From positions 123,954-187,953 of the forward strand of contig JACRKF010000033.1 of the NCBI GenBank assembly GCA_016219865.1: a stretch of DNA of 64,000 bases. Direction: 5' to 3'. Under the pieces are notes generated by a model. The model was not told where the DNA came from. It was given only the letters and a program-made list of their open reading frames with translations, and made no database searches. This document shows positions 38,158 through 48,329 of the stretch, piece by piece. The translations under genes were made by a program, and so were the position numbers. This stretch comes from Candidatus Woesearchaeota archaeon. GTDB taxonomy: Archaea > Nanobdellota > Nanobdellia > Woesearchaeales > DSVV01. Numbering within the stretch: the stretch's first letter is position 1; the number at the start of each line of letters is the position of its first letter.

Positions 38158-40254
38158 ATGAGAACAAAAATACTTAATTATGCATTTCTTTTAGCCATAG
38201 CTGTGCTTGTCCTCTTTCCATGGTGGCTTGTATTCAATTCAATAATTACTCAAACAATAATCATCACTCTTTTATTCATTGCATTAATCACAAGCAGACG
38301 ATTGATTGAGAAACATCTGCAAAAATCACAGCAAAATGAAATACAAGATATATCAAAAGATTCGCAGCAAAAATTTCAAATTGCTCTATCAATGGAGAAC
38401 TTTGCAAAATTCTCCGAGGATAAACTAAATCTTTATTTATTTGTCAGACAACGCTGGAAATTTCTAACAATACTTTTTATAGTGCTTTTTATTCTGCATG
38501 CATATGCGTTAACATTTTCAGTATTGCCAATTGATGATGAACATTTTCATGCAGCTAAAGGATTATTCTTCCTAATTCCGATAAAATTAATATTAGATAA
38601 GACAAATATTTTAAGCTATTATTCAATGATTATTTTCTTTCTTTTATTAGTAAAGATAGCGTTGATTTACGCTTTTTACAAGTTTATAACAAAGCGAAAT
38701 ATTGAACCAAATAACTACTTAGAAATGTTATATAAATCAACACCATTGCTGATTATTTTCTTTATATTTATTACTTGTTATCATCTATTGGCTTATTTTA
38801 CAATTCACAAATTCTTCCCAACATTCGCTCAGCAGCAATTCGCCTGGCTTATTCGGTATGGTCCAGTCGGTGCAATATTTAATCTTATTCTCTCATTAAT
38901 TGGGTTTCAAGAATTATTCTTTATTCGTTTGCTGCAATTATTTTTTTCATTTTCTTCTGCAATTGTCTTATATCATATTGCTCAATTTTACATTAGCAAG
39001 AAATCAGCTGCATTTGCAGCAATACTCTTTCTTGTTCTTCCATCTGTATTTTATTTTGGTAGCCATGCATTCATGGAATCTGGAGTTGTTTTTTTTACAC
39101 TGCTGAGTGTTTATTTTTTCTTATTATGGCATCAACAAAGAAACACGCAGAAAAGTTCAGATTATCTGCTTTATGCATTTTTAACATTATTAATCGGTTT
39201 TTTTTACAAAGATGCAATATTATTTATTTTCATAATCTTCGTATTATTCTTGCTGTTTGAGATCAATAAAGATACTATCAAACAATTAACTGTAAAAGCA
39301 AATATGAATAAATTAAAAGATATCTTAAAACTATATTTGAAAGAGTATGCTTCATTTATATTACTCTCTTTTTTCTTTCTTTTCTTCACAGTATTTTGGT
39401 TAACAATTAGAAACAAATACATCACGCAATCATATTCAGCTGGCTATCATTTCATCTTACAAAATATTCTTTCAATATCAAAGCTTAGTATGTATGCAGA
39501 ATTGTCTCCATTAATGTTAACATATCCTATTGCAATAATTGCAGTATTTGGATTTATCTTTCTATTGTTAAAAAAGAAAACTCCGCAAGAAAGGTTGTTA
39601 ATTATATGGATTATTTTATTGTATCTGATATATATGTTATATAATTGGAGTGTTGCAGTTCCAAGGTTTTACATTCATTTTTTACCAGCATTACTGCTGA
39701 TATTCTTCATTTTTACAGAATGGTTATATTCATTTTTCATGTTCAAGAAAAATACTGCAAAACATATTTTCTATATTATACTAATTATTCTAACAGCAGC
39801 AACAACTTTGTATCAAACATATCATGAGATAGAAAACAGATATTGGGATTATGATAATTTGTACAAGTTTATTGGAAACAACGTCAATAAAGATCAAAAG
39901 ATTTTATTCCTCACACATGATGTATATTATTATTTTTTTAAATACAACATCAAAAATCCCATTATCACAGAGAATCAATTTCGAGCTTCTGGAAGAATAC
40001 AAGATTTTGAACAATTATATTCTTATATTATAGCAAACAATGTTAGCTACATTATCTTTCCAAATACAGGAGATCTATACACTAGTGTCAGAATGTACTC
40101 TCCAGATCCTTCAAAAGATAAATTACTAGATGAAGATAGGGCAATTATTCTTCAGTTAAATCAAAAACTGGCAGAAATAGACAAAAAAGATAATCTGCAG
40201 ATATTCATTTCAGGGAGCAATATCTTGTATCTAATAAAGGTAGAAAAGAAATAA
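38158..40254 (+). CDS. GT-C fold (PMT/ArnT-like) membrane glycosyltransferase
   Basis: Many TMs, DDEHFH loop, YGP, PRFY motifs. Confidence 0.7.
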   Translation: MRTKILNYAFLLAIAVLVLFPWWLVFNSIITQTIIITLLFIALITSRRLIEKHLQKSQQNEIQDISKDSQQKFQIALSMENFAKFSEDKLNLYLFVRQRWKFLTILFIVLFILHAYALTFSVLPIDDEHFHAAKGLFFLIPIKLILDKTNILSYYSMIIFFLLLVKIALIYAFYKFITKRNIEPNNYLEMLYKSTPLLIIFFIFITCYHLLAYFTIHKFFPTFAQQQFAWLIRYGPVGAIFNLILSLIGFQELFFIRLLQLFFSFSSAIVLYHIAQFYISKKSAAFAAILFLVLPSVFYFGSHAFMESGVVFFTLLSVYFFLLWHQQRNTQKSSDYLLYAFLTLLIGFFYKDAILFIFIIFVLFLLFEINKDTIKQLTVKANMNKLKDILKLYLKEYASFILLSFFFLFFTVFWLTIRNKYITQSYSAGYHFILQNILSISKLSMYAELSPLMLTYPIAIIAVFGFIFLLLKKKTPQERLLIIWIILLYLIYMLYNWSVAVPRFYIHFLPALLLIFFIFTEWLYSFFMFKKNTAKHIFYIILIILTAATTLYQTYHEIENRYWDYDNLYKFIGNNVNKDQKILFLTHDVYYYFFKYNIKNPIITENQFRASGRIQDFEQLYSYIIANNVSYIIFPNTGDLYTSVRMYSPDPSKDKLLDEDRAIILQLNQKLAEIDKKDNLQIFISGSNILYLIKVEKK

Positions 40255-40325
40255 AGATCCAAATCGCAGAGCTACGGAGCATTAGACCAATTTTTCTGAG
40301 TAAATCATTTGTTATTTTTGTTGTT

Positions 40326-40363
40326 AGTATTTGCATTGTGAACGAAGTGAACAAGCAAATACT
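40326..40363 (+). repeat. GA-GA hairpin family, copy 7
   Basis: agtatttgcattgt GA ac GAA gt GA acaagcaaatact, then tttataaa. Confidence 0.8.
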
Positions 40364-40399
40364 TAAAATTTATAAATTACTTTCTTTTTCTTTTGCACT

Positions 40400-41599
40400 A
40401 TGGAAGTAAATATTGAACCAAAAAGAAAAATAGAACTCGGCACATTACAGCTTTCACAGAAAGCAAAGCAATTAGTAAACGAAGTTCTTGATTCAAACAG
40501 ATTATCCTATGGTAGGTTCAGCAGGGAATTTGAACAGAAATTTTCAAAGATTCATCAATGCAAATATGGTATCCTTAGTAATTCTGGAACATCTGCATTG
40601 CATGTTGCATTAGCTGCATTAAAAGAGATTCATAATTGGAATGATGACGATGAAGTATTAGTGCCTTCAATAACATTTGTAGCTACATCAAATATTGTAA
40701 TTCATAATAGAATGACTCCTGTTTTTGTTGATATTGAAAAAGAATATTATGGCATAGATCCAGCATTGATAGAGCAGAAAATCACCAAGAGAACACGTGC
40801 AATTATTGTTGTGCATTTATTTGGAATGCCTTGTGCAATGGATGCTATCCATGCAATTGCAAAAGAACACAATCTAAAGATTATTGAAGATTCATGCGAA
40901 ACAATGTTTGCAAGATACAAAGATAAATCTGTGGGAAATCTCAGTGATATTGCTTGTTTTTCAACATATATTGCGCATTTATTAACGACAGGTGTTGGTG
41001 GTATTAACACTACGAATAATTTAGAATATGCAATCAAATTGCGTTCATTGGTTAATCATGGCAGAGATTCAATCTATTTTTCAATTGATGATGATGATAA
41101 CAAATCTGCTGATGAATTAAAAGAAATCATTGCAAAAAGATTCTCATTTGTTTCAGTTGGCCACAGCTTTCGTGTAACTGAAATGGAAGCAGCATTAGGA
41201 GTTGCGCAGCTTGATGCTTGGAATGATATGATTGCAAAGCGAAGATATAATGGAAAATATTTAATGCAAAAACTTTCTCATCTTTCTAGATTCATGCAAT
41301 TGCCAAAGCTTCGAGAAGGCGCTGAACATTCATTTATGATGTTTCCATTAGTTCTCCATAATGAACAAAAACAAGAATTTGTTAATTATCTGGAAAATCA
41401 TGGAATAGAAACAAGAGATTTAATGCCGTTAATAAATCAGCCAATTTATCAGAAACTCTTTAATATCAAATACGCAGATTATCCAATTGCAGACTGGATT
41501 AATAAGAATGGTTTCTACATTCCTTGTCATCAGGATTTAACGCAAGAAGATTTAGATTATATTGTGGCTGTTTTTGATAACTATTTCAATAATGTTTGA
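40400..41599 (+). CDS. DegT/DnrJ-family PLP enzyme with His at the Lys position (ColD/E1-like dehydratase?)
   Basis: NSGTSAL, VHLFG, EDSCE; FSTYIAHLLTTGVGG. Confidence 0.85.
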   Translation: MEVNIEPKRKIELGTLQLSQKAKQLVNEVLDSNRLSYGRFSREFEQKFSKIHQCKYGILSNSGTSALHVALAALKEIHNWNDDDEVLVPSITFVATSNIVIHNRMTPVFVDIEKEYYGIDPALIEQKITKRTRAIIVVHLFGMPCAMDAIHAIAKEHNLKIIEDSCETMFARYKDKSVGNLSDIACFSTYIAHLLTTGVGGINTTNNLEYAIKLRSLVNHGRDSIYFSIDDDDNKSADELKEIIAKRFSFVSVGHSFRVTEMEAALGVAQLDAWNDMIAKRRYNGKYLMQKLSHLSRFMQLPKLREGAEHSFMMFPLVLHNEQKQEFVNYLENHGIETRDLMPLINQPIYQKLFNIKYADYPIADWINKNGFYIPCHQDLTQEDLDYIVAVFDNYFNNV

Positions 41600-41709
41600 T
41601 CGTATTAACTAAGCTTAAAAAAATGACGAACGAACCTCGTCAGCCCTTACGTGAGCTGGCGCCAAAACTTGGTGCGATTTCGTTTTACTCAATCGCACTA
41701 ACTGAATAT

Positions 41710-41738
41710 ATAAAAAGCGAACGAAGTGAGCTTTTTAT
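41710..41738 (+). repeat. GA-GA hairpin family, copy 8
   Basis: ataaaaagc GA ac GAA gt GA gctttttat, directly before the GGAG RBS. Confidence 0.75.
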
Positions 41739-41751
41739 TTGGAGATTTTTT

Positions 41752-42528
41752 ATGGAAACAAAACTAATATTCAACAATTCTCGTGGCAGCAAATTAGTTG
41801 GTATTCTTAGTAAAAAAAGTAATAAAGATATTGTTATTCTTTGTCATGGATTTACAAGCGATAAGAACAGCGCAAAAAATGTTGAGATTTCAAGAAAGTT
41901 AACTGATGTTTCAACGTTTCGTTTTGATTTTTTTGCTCATGGTGAAAGTGACGGCAATATGGAGAATATTACTGTCTCAGAAGGTGTTGATGGTATCCTC
42001 GCTGCAATAAACTATCTAAGAAAATTAAAGTATAAAAATATAGGTTTGCTTGGTTCAAGTTATGGTGGTTTATGCAGTATTATGGCTGCTGCAAAAGCAG
42101 CAAACGCAGATGATCTGCAATATCTCATTCTTGTTGCGCCTGTTTCAGATTATGAAGATGCAAAAAGAAAATCAGGTGGAGAACAATACATTGTTGATTG
42201 GCAGAAAAAAGGTTATGTTTATTATCCAAAGAAAGATGGAAAAAAGATAAGATTAAACATCTCTTTTTACAACGATTTCAAAAACAATATTGCGTACACA
42301 ATCGCAGATAAAATCAAGATTCCAACATTGCTCGTTCATGGTACAGAGGACAGATCAGTTCCTTTCCAGCAATCATCTAAATTATTTAAATTATTGCAGT
42401 GTGATAAGCAATTAGTAAAAGTAACTGGCGGAGATCACCGTTTCACAGATCCGCAAGATTTTGAGCAAGTAATAAACGTAATTGTTGATTTCATAAACAA
42501 TCAAGCGCACGGGATTTCTGAGAAATAA
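41752..42528 (+). CDS. Alpha/beta hydrolase
   Basis: CHGF, GSSYGG, HGTED, GGDH triad motifs; ATG 41752 follows GGAG. Confidence 0.9.
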   Translation: METKLIFNNSRGSKLVGILSKKSNKDIVILCHGFTSDKNSAKNVEISRKLTDVSTFRFDFFAHGESDGNMENITVSEGVDGILAAINYLRKLKYKNIGLLGSSYGGLCSIMAAAKAANADDLQYLILVAPVSDYEDAKRKSGGEQYIVDWQKKGYVYYPKKDGKKIRLNISFYNDFKNNIAYTIADKIKIPTLLVHGTEDRSVPFQQSSKLFKLLQCDKQLVKVTGGDHRFTDPQDFEQVINVIVDFINNQAHGISEK

Positions 42529-42580
42529 AAATCTGCAAACATCCATAAACCTTTTATAATCCCTCTTTTTCTATAATGAT

Positions 42581-43609
42581 ATGCAATCTCAACAACAATC
42601 TCAGCCATTCATCTCAATAATTATTCCTGCATATAATGCGGAGAAATACATTGCATTAGTTTTAGAAGCAATTTCTAACCAAGATTACCCAAAAGAAAAG
42701 CTGGAAGTTATTGTTGTAGATGACAATTCAACAGATAAAACTGTAGAAATCGCAAAGAGCTATGAAAAAAGATTCCACAATTTTAAGCTACTCATCAAAG
42801 AAGGAATTAAAGGCGCAGCGAAATCAACAAACATGGGTATTAAAGAAGCAAAAGGTGAAATAGTTTGCAGTATTGATTCTGATGCAATTTTACAAAACAA
42901 AAATTGGTTGCAAGAGATAGTCTCTCATTTTGAAGATAAAACAGTTGCAGCAGTTGCAGGCTATATTGCAACAGGCAACACATATAATATCTGGGCAAGA
43001 TTAATGGGAGCTGAATTAGAGGACAGATATGATTCAATTTTAACTGAAAATGTTGATCATGTTTCAACTTGCAATACTGCATATAGAAAATCTTTTATTG
43101 AGAAAGTAAATCTATTCGATGAAAACTTATATTATGGTTATGATGTTGATTTATCCTACAAACTAAAAAATGCTGGCTTTACAATAAAGTTAGTAAAAAC
43201 AGTTGGCTGCAATCATTATTGGAAAGAAACTCTTCTTGGCTACCTTAAACAGCAGTTTAATGTAGCTTATGGTCGATTGTATCTCATCAACAGATACCCG
43301 CAGAAAGCATCAGGAGATAAAGTTGCAGGAATGTTCCAGTTTGTGCAAGTGCCTATGACTTTTCTGATAGGCTTCTTTTTAATCTTCAGTCTTTTCTCAT
43401 TTTCTTCAGTATACATCGCAGTATTATTTCTTATTTTACTGCTAATCATGCAGCTTCCGCAGCTATGGAGAATAATAAAAAAGAAAAAAGATGCTTCTTA
43501 TCTTCTGCTGCCATTCCTAAATATTGCAAGGAACATGACGTGGTGCATCGCGCTTCTATCTTATTACTTTGACAAAATGAGAGGAAAAACAAAGATTAAA
43601 ATTCTTTAA
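42581..43609 (+). CDS. GT2 glycosyltransferase with C-terminal TMs
   Basis: IIIPAYN, VDDNSTD, IDSD. Confidence 0.9.
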   Translation: MQSQQQSQPFISIIIPAYNAEKYIALVLEAISNQDYPKEKLEVIVVDDNSTDKTVEIAKSYEKRFHNFKLLIKEGIKGAAKSTNMGIKEAKGEIVCSIDSDAILQNKNWLQEIVSHFEDKTVAAVAGYIATGNTYNIWARLMGAELEDRYDSILTENVDHVSTCNTAYRKSFIEKVNLFDENLYYGYDVDLSYKLKNAGFTIKLVKTVGCNHYWKETLLGYLKQQFNVAYGRLYLINRYPQKASGDKVAGMFQFVQVPMTFLIGFFLIFSLFSFSSVYIAVLFLILLLIMQLPQLWRIIKKKKDASYLLLPFLNIARNMTWCIALLSYYFDKMRGKTKIKIL

Positions 43610-43730
43610 CTATAAACTATAGCAATCATATTTTTATATATCTGAACAATCTAAGAAAATAGGCTATCGATTATTATTGATATTGTTTCATTAGATTTAT
43701 AAATAAATCTAGAGTCTTGCACAAAGAAGG

Positions 43731-45173
43731 ATGGTGGTTCCTATGAAGAAAGTTGTTTTTACTGTTGCTCCAAAGGTTAATGGAAGAAGACCTGAAAGGT
43801 CATTTGGTTGTTCATATACATTATATGATATGCCTGATTTAGGTATTTTATACACTGCAGCAGTTTTACGAAACGCTGGTCATCATGTTGAAATATTAGA
43901 TGAACCAGATGTTGATTGGGATGTTTATGTGGAGAAATTAGTAGCTTTAGGCGCAGATTATTATGTGCATCATACTCCTATTCTCGCAACAAAGATTGAT
44001 ATTAAATTAACAAATCAATTGCTTGAGAAATTACCAAATACAAAAATTGTTTACTTTGGTCCTCATCCAACATATGTTCCTGATAAATTCTTAACTGACG
44101 AACGTATTGTTGTAGCGCGAGGAGAAGCTGAATTTGTTATCAAAGATATTGTTGATGGTAAACAATATTCAGAAATTAAAGGATTAAGTTATTTAATTAA
44201 TGGCAAGATGGTAGAAAACGAAACAGCTGATATTATTCCAGATATTAATAGCTTGCCATTGCCTGCAAGAGACTTAGATAAGAAAAGTTATGCAAATCCA
44301 AAAATAGGTGGACAGAAATATACAAATGTATTAACTTCAAGAGGCTGTTCTTATGGTTGTTATTACTGTGTTCCAAATGCAATTTCATGGGCAAGAGAAT
44401 TAGAATGGAAACGTTTTCATAAAGGAAAACCTCCAGTTACAAAACGTTCTCCTGAAAAAGTAATTGAAGAAATTAGAGAATTATCAAAACAAGGTTATAA
44501 AGAATTTTCAATCATTGATGATCAATTTATCTGGGAAAAAGACAGAACATTAGCGCTTCTAAAAGGTCTGAAAGAATTAAACATCAAATACGGCATTCTT
44601 GCGCGAGCAGATAGATTGACAGACGAAGAAGTTATAAAAGCATTAGCTGATTCTGGCTGTCAATATGTTGATATTGGTGTTGAATCATTTGATCAGAAAG
44701 TTCTGGATTATATTAGAAAAGGCATGAAAATAGAATGTGTTTATACAGCAATTGATTTATTAGTCAAACATGGTATTACGCCAAAAGTAAATATCATGTT
44801 TGGTACTGCTCCAGTTGAAACACGAGAATCTATTATTAATACAATCAAAGAAACAAAGGCATTGCCTATTGATTATTGTATGTTTTCAATCGCAACTCCA
44901 TTTCCTGGAACAGATTTCGAAAAACACGTTAAAGAGCTTGGTTGGATGACTGATAATGGTGAAGGAGATAATATTTATGAGAATCTTAACCCAGCAAAAC
45001 GTTCAATAATTAAGCCAGGACAATTGACTGACAAAGAGTTAGAATCACTTGCAAAACGCGCGAATCGAGAATTTTATCTAAGACCAACTATCTTGGTAAA
45101 GCAGATCCGAAAGACAAATTCGATCAAAGGATTAACGCAAGGTGTAAAGACTCTAGTTAATGTTATTAAATAA
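43731..45173 (+). CDS. B12-binding-domain radical SAM protein
   Basis: GPHPT, RGEAE, TSRGCSYGCYYC, GVES, TPFPGT. Confidence 0.88.
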   Translation: MVVPMKKVVFTVAPKVNGRRPERSFGCSYTLYDMPDLGILYTAAVLRNAGHHVEILDEPDVDWDVYVEKLVALGADYYVHHTPILATKIDIKLTNQLLEKLPNTKIVYFGPHPTYVPDKFLTDERIVVARGEAEFVIKDIVDGKQYSEIKGLSYLINGKMVENETADIIPDINSLPLPARDLDKKSYANPKIGGQKYTNVLTSRGCSYGCYYCVPNAISWARELEWKRFHKGKPPVTKRSPEKVIEEIRELSKQGYKEFSIIDDQFIWEKDRTLALLKGLKELNIKYGILARADRLTDEEVIKALADSGCQYVDIGVESFDQKVLDYIRKGMKIECVYTAIDLLVKHGITPKVNIMFGTAPVETRESIINTIKETKALPIDYCMFSIATPFPGTDFEKHVKELGWMTDNGEGDNIYENLNPAKRSIIKPGQLTDKELESLAKRANREFYLRPTILVKQIRKTNSIKGLTQGVKTLVNVIK

Positions 45174-45246
45174 TCTAAATTATCAATTAACAATAATCAA
45201 AACTAAAAACTAATTAACTTGTTTTTTAGTTTTTTGGAGTTTTTCC

Positions 45247-46311
45247 ATGAATAACCATCCTGCAATAGAAGCTGTACGAAGAATGTTTTACATGATTCCA
45301 ACTACTCCAAGCTATGTCCAATTTGAGATAACAAATGAATGTAATCTTGCATGTAAGATGTGTCCAAGGGAAGTGCTTGGTGTAAAATTCATTAATATGG
45401 ATTTTGAAATGTTCAAACGCCTCGTTGATAAACTTGAAGGAGTAACTATGGTTTCCTTAACAGGTTGGGGTGAACCATTAGTGCATCCAAATCTTATTGA
45501 GATGATTAAATATTGTAAATTTAAGGGAATAATCACAAAATTCACAACCAATGGTGTATTATTCACTCCAGCATTATTGCAAGGAATATTTGATGCAAAA
45601 CTTGATGAGATTACATTTTCAATTGATTCAATTGCAATTGATCCTAAAAATGAATGGGGTCATCTGAACAAAGTTGCATTAAAATATATTCAGCAGATTC
45701 TTACGCAGAGAAAAGATCATAATGGATTTCCAAAATTAACATTGCAAGTTATGCTGCAGAAAGGAAGAGCAAAAGATATTTTTGATGTTATAGAATGGGG
45801 ATCGCAAAAAGGAGCAGATAAAATAAACATTGGAAGATTAAATTTAAGTTTTGATCCTAACTTAGTGCGGCCTTCATTAGAAGAAGAACAACATATCTTA
45901 GACACTGCAGAAGAACTTGGTGAGAAACACAAAATACAGATTGATTGCATCCAAGGCGGCATAGGCGCTGGATTTACAAGAAAAGTTTACAAGGCAACAA
46001 AAAAGTATCTTCACAAAGGTGGAAAACATTGCTTAAAAACTTATGATTATTGTTATGTTAATGTGCATGGGAAAATAACGCCTTGTTGTTTGCTTCCAAA
46101 TTATGCAGTTGGTGATTTTAATACTGTGAGTTTAAAGGAAATCTGGAACAGCGAAAAATTCAATCATTTTCGAGCAAATGAAGAAAAGATCTGCGGGAGC
46201 TGCGATGTCATGCGGGTGAACATGTTAGATCAAAGTGGAAATCACGCAAATCATATATCATCTAAAGACTCACAACAAAAACAACCACAACTATTACAAA
46301 TAAAACTTTAA
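45247..46311 (+). CDS. Radical SAM protein with SPASM/Twitch domain
   Basis: CNLACKMC, GWGEP, G.ITPCC, C-terminal CGSC. Confidence 0.88.
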   Translation: MNNHPAIEAVRRMFYMIPTTPSYVQFEITNECNLACKMCPREVLGVKFINMDFEMFKRLVDKLEGVTMVSLTGWGEPLVHPNLIEMIKYCKFKGIITKFTTNGVLFTPALLQGIFDAKLDEITFSIDSIAIDPKNEWGHLNKVALKYIQQILTQRKDHNGFPKLTLQVMLQKGRAKDIFDVIEWGSQKGADKINIGRLNLSFDPNLVRPSLEEEQHILDTAEELGEKHKIQIDCIQGGIGAGFTRKVYKATKKYLHKGGKHCLKTYDYCYVNVHGKITPCCLLPNYAVGDFNTVSLKEIWNSEKFNHFRANEEKICGSCDVMRVNMLDQSGNHANHISSKDSQQKQPQLLQIKL

Positions 46312-46328
46312 TCATTTATAATCAAAAC

Positions 46329-46365
46329 TTATAATTCTGCTGAACGCAGTTCAGCAGAATTATAA
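46329..46365. repeat. Perfect 17-bp-arm hairpin with a C-GCA-G loop
   Basis: ttataattctgctgaac-GCA-gttcagcagaattataa upstream of tttttaaata. Confidence 0.8.
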
Positions 46366-46401
46366 ACATTTTTAAATAAAAGTATAATCAACACAAATTG
46401 T

Positions 46402-47118
46402 ATGGTAATAAGCAAAAAAAACTGGAAAATATCAATAATCATCCCAACATTTAATGAAAGTAAAAATATAACAACATTAGTTACACAATTATTTGCAATT
46501 GCAAAAAAAGAGAGTTTAAATCTAGAATTAATCATTGTTGATGACAATTCTCCGGATAAAACAGGGGAGATTGCAGAGCAATTAGCTAAAAGATTTCCAA
46601 TCAAGTGCATTCATAGAGAAGGAAAACTAGGTTTAGGCACAGCAGTTGTTGCAGGATTCAAAGCTGCATCTGGCAATATTCTTGGAGTGATGGATGCTGA
46701 CTTAAGTCATCCTCCTGATATTTTTCCTGAGCTTGTTAAGCCAATAATCGAAAATAATTATGATTTAACAATAGGCAGCAGATATGTAAAAGGTGGCGGC
46801 GTAGAAGTTTGGCCATTTCATCGAAAGATAATCAGCCTTGGCGCAACTTATTTAGCATATCCATTAACAAAGATAAAAGATCCTGTTTCAGGATTGTTTT
46901 TCTTCAAGAAAGAAGTAATTGACAATATTGAGCTTGGCGCAAAAGGCTATAAAATTGGTCTGGAGATATTTGTAAAAGGAAATTATAAAAAATACAAAGA
47001 AGTTCCATACATGTTTAGAAATAGGATTTACGGAGAAAGCAAAATAGGCTCAGGAGAATTCGTAGACTACATTAAGAATGTACTAAGATTAGCAAAGTAT
47101 AAGCTGCTCAAGAAATAA
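46402..47118 (+). CDS. Polyprenol-phosphate glycosyltransferase (DPM1-like GT2)
   Basis: IIPTFNE, VDDNSPD, MDADLSHPP, GSRY, GESK. Confidence 0.9.
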   Translation: MVISKKNWKISIIIPTFNESKNITTLVTQLFAIAKKESLNLELIIVDDNSPDKTGEIAEQLAKRFPIKCIHREGKLGLGTAVVAGFKAASGNILGVMDADLSHPPDIFPELVKPIIENNYDLTIGSRYVKGGGVEVWPFHRKIISLGATYLAYPLTKIKDPVSGLFFFKKEVIDNIELGAKGYKIGLEIFVKGNYKKYKEVPYMFRNRIYGESKIGSGEFVDYIKNVLRLAKYKLLKK

Positions 47119-47218
47119 AGAGAACTTTGCAAAATTCTCTAAAAAGATAAATAAAAATAAAGAAAAAATTAAACGAAGAATGAATAGCCGTATCGTACGC
47201 TTTGTCGTTACATAGGCT

Positions 47219-47253
47219 ATTCATAAATTCGAACGAAGTGAGAATTTATGAAT
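47219..47253 (+). repeat. GA-GA hairpin family, copy 9 (covers the next start codon)
   Basis: attcataaattc GA ac GAA gt GA gaatttATGaat. Confidence 0.75.
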
Positions 47254-48264
47254 TTATTACAAATTGTAAAAAAACCATTTCAGTATGCAAATACTGCTAG
47301 AAAATTTACAGGATATAATCTGCTTAAACACAGAACTCCTGTTTCAGTAGGTTTTATTATTACTCATCGGTGTAATTTTCGTTGCACATATTGCGATTCT
47401 CCAAATCAGGTGGAAGATGAGATGACAACAGAGCAGATATTTGCTATGATTGATGAATTGGCAGATATGGGTTTAGAAAGACTTGGTATTACTGGCGGAG
47501 AACCAACATTGCGCATGGACATTGGAAAGATAATTGATCATGCAAAAAGCAAAGGCATGGTTGTAACAATGGTAACAAATGGTTCATTATTGAACGAAAA
47601 AAGATTGGGTGAGATAAAAAATCTTAATCTGCTGCTTATGAGTTTTGATGGTCCTGCTGAGATTCACAACACAACCAGAGTCAGGGCATCTTATGATAGA
47701 TTAATGGAAACAATCAAGCTTGTGCGAAGCAAAGGCATTCCTCTCTGGACAGAAACAGTGTTAACAAAGTTTAATCTAGATCAGATTGATTTCATCTTAG
47801 ATAAAGCAGATGAGCTTGATTTCAAATGTTTATTTCAGCCAGTATTTAATTATCCATTAGCAAGAGATAAAGAAACAATCAGCAGCATAACTCCGTCAAC
47901 TGAAGAATTCAAAAAAACAATGGACCATATAATCGCTGCAAAAAAAGCAGGAAGAAAAGTTGTTGGTTCAGTTTCCTATTTTGAATTTTTAAAAGATAAA
48001 TATCCAAGGAGTGAGAAATATGGCTGCAAAGCAGGTGAGATTTCAGCAGCAATCACTCCATCAGGACAAGTTGTCCCTTGTCATTTTGTCATTAAAGATG
48101 GAAGAAAATGGCCAAATGGCAATCAAATTGGTTTTCGTGAAGCATTTGCGCAAATTGGCGACAAAGGATGCAAGGGTTGCTTTTGCAATGCATACTGGGA
48201 ACTTAATTTCATTTCATCATTCAAGCCAGAAGCAGTTATAAATGCGCTGCAAAATAGGATATGA
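47248..48264 (+). CDS. Radical SAM protein with C-terminal Cys cluster
   Basis: CNFRCTYC, TGGEP, TNG, PCH...CKGCFC. Confidence 0.88.
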   Translation: MNLLQIVKKPFQYANTARKFTGYNLLKHRTPVSVGFIITHRCNFRCTYCDSPNQVEDEMTTEQIFAMIDELADMGLERLGITGGEPTLRMDIGKIIDHAKSKGMVVTMVTNGSLLNEKRLGEIKNLNLLLMSFDGPAEIHNTTRVRASYDRLMETIKLVRSKGIPLWTETVLTKFNLDQIDFILDKADELDFKCLFQPVFNYPLARDKETISSITPSTEEFKKTMDHIIAAKKAGRKVVGSVSYFEFLKDKYPRSEKYGCKAGEISAAITPSGQVVPCHFVIKDGRKWPNGNQIGFREAFAQIGDKGCKGCFCNAYWELNFISSFKPEAVINALQNRI

Positions 48265-48329
48265 TATTGAAAGGATATGTAATTTCGTATTTAATCATAA
48301 AAAAACCGTCGAAGGAGGATTTTTTTATA

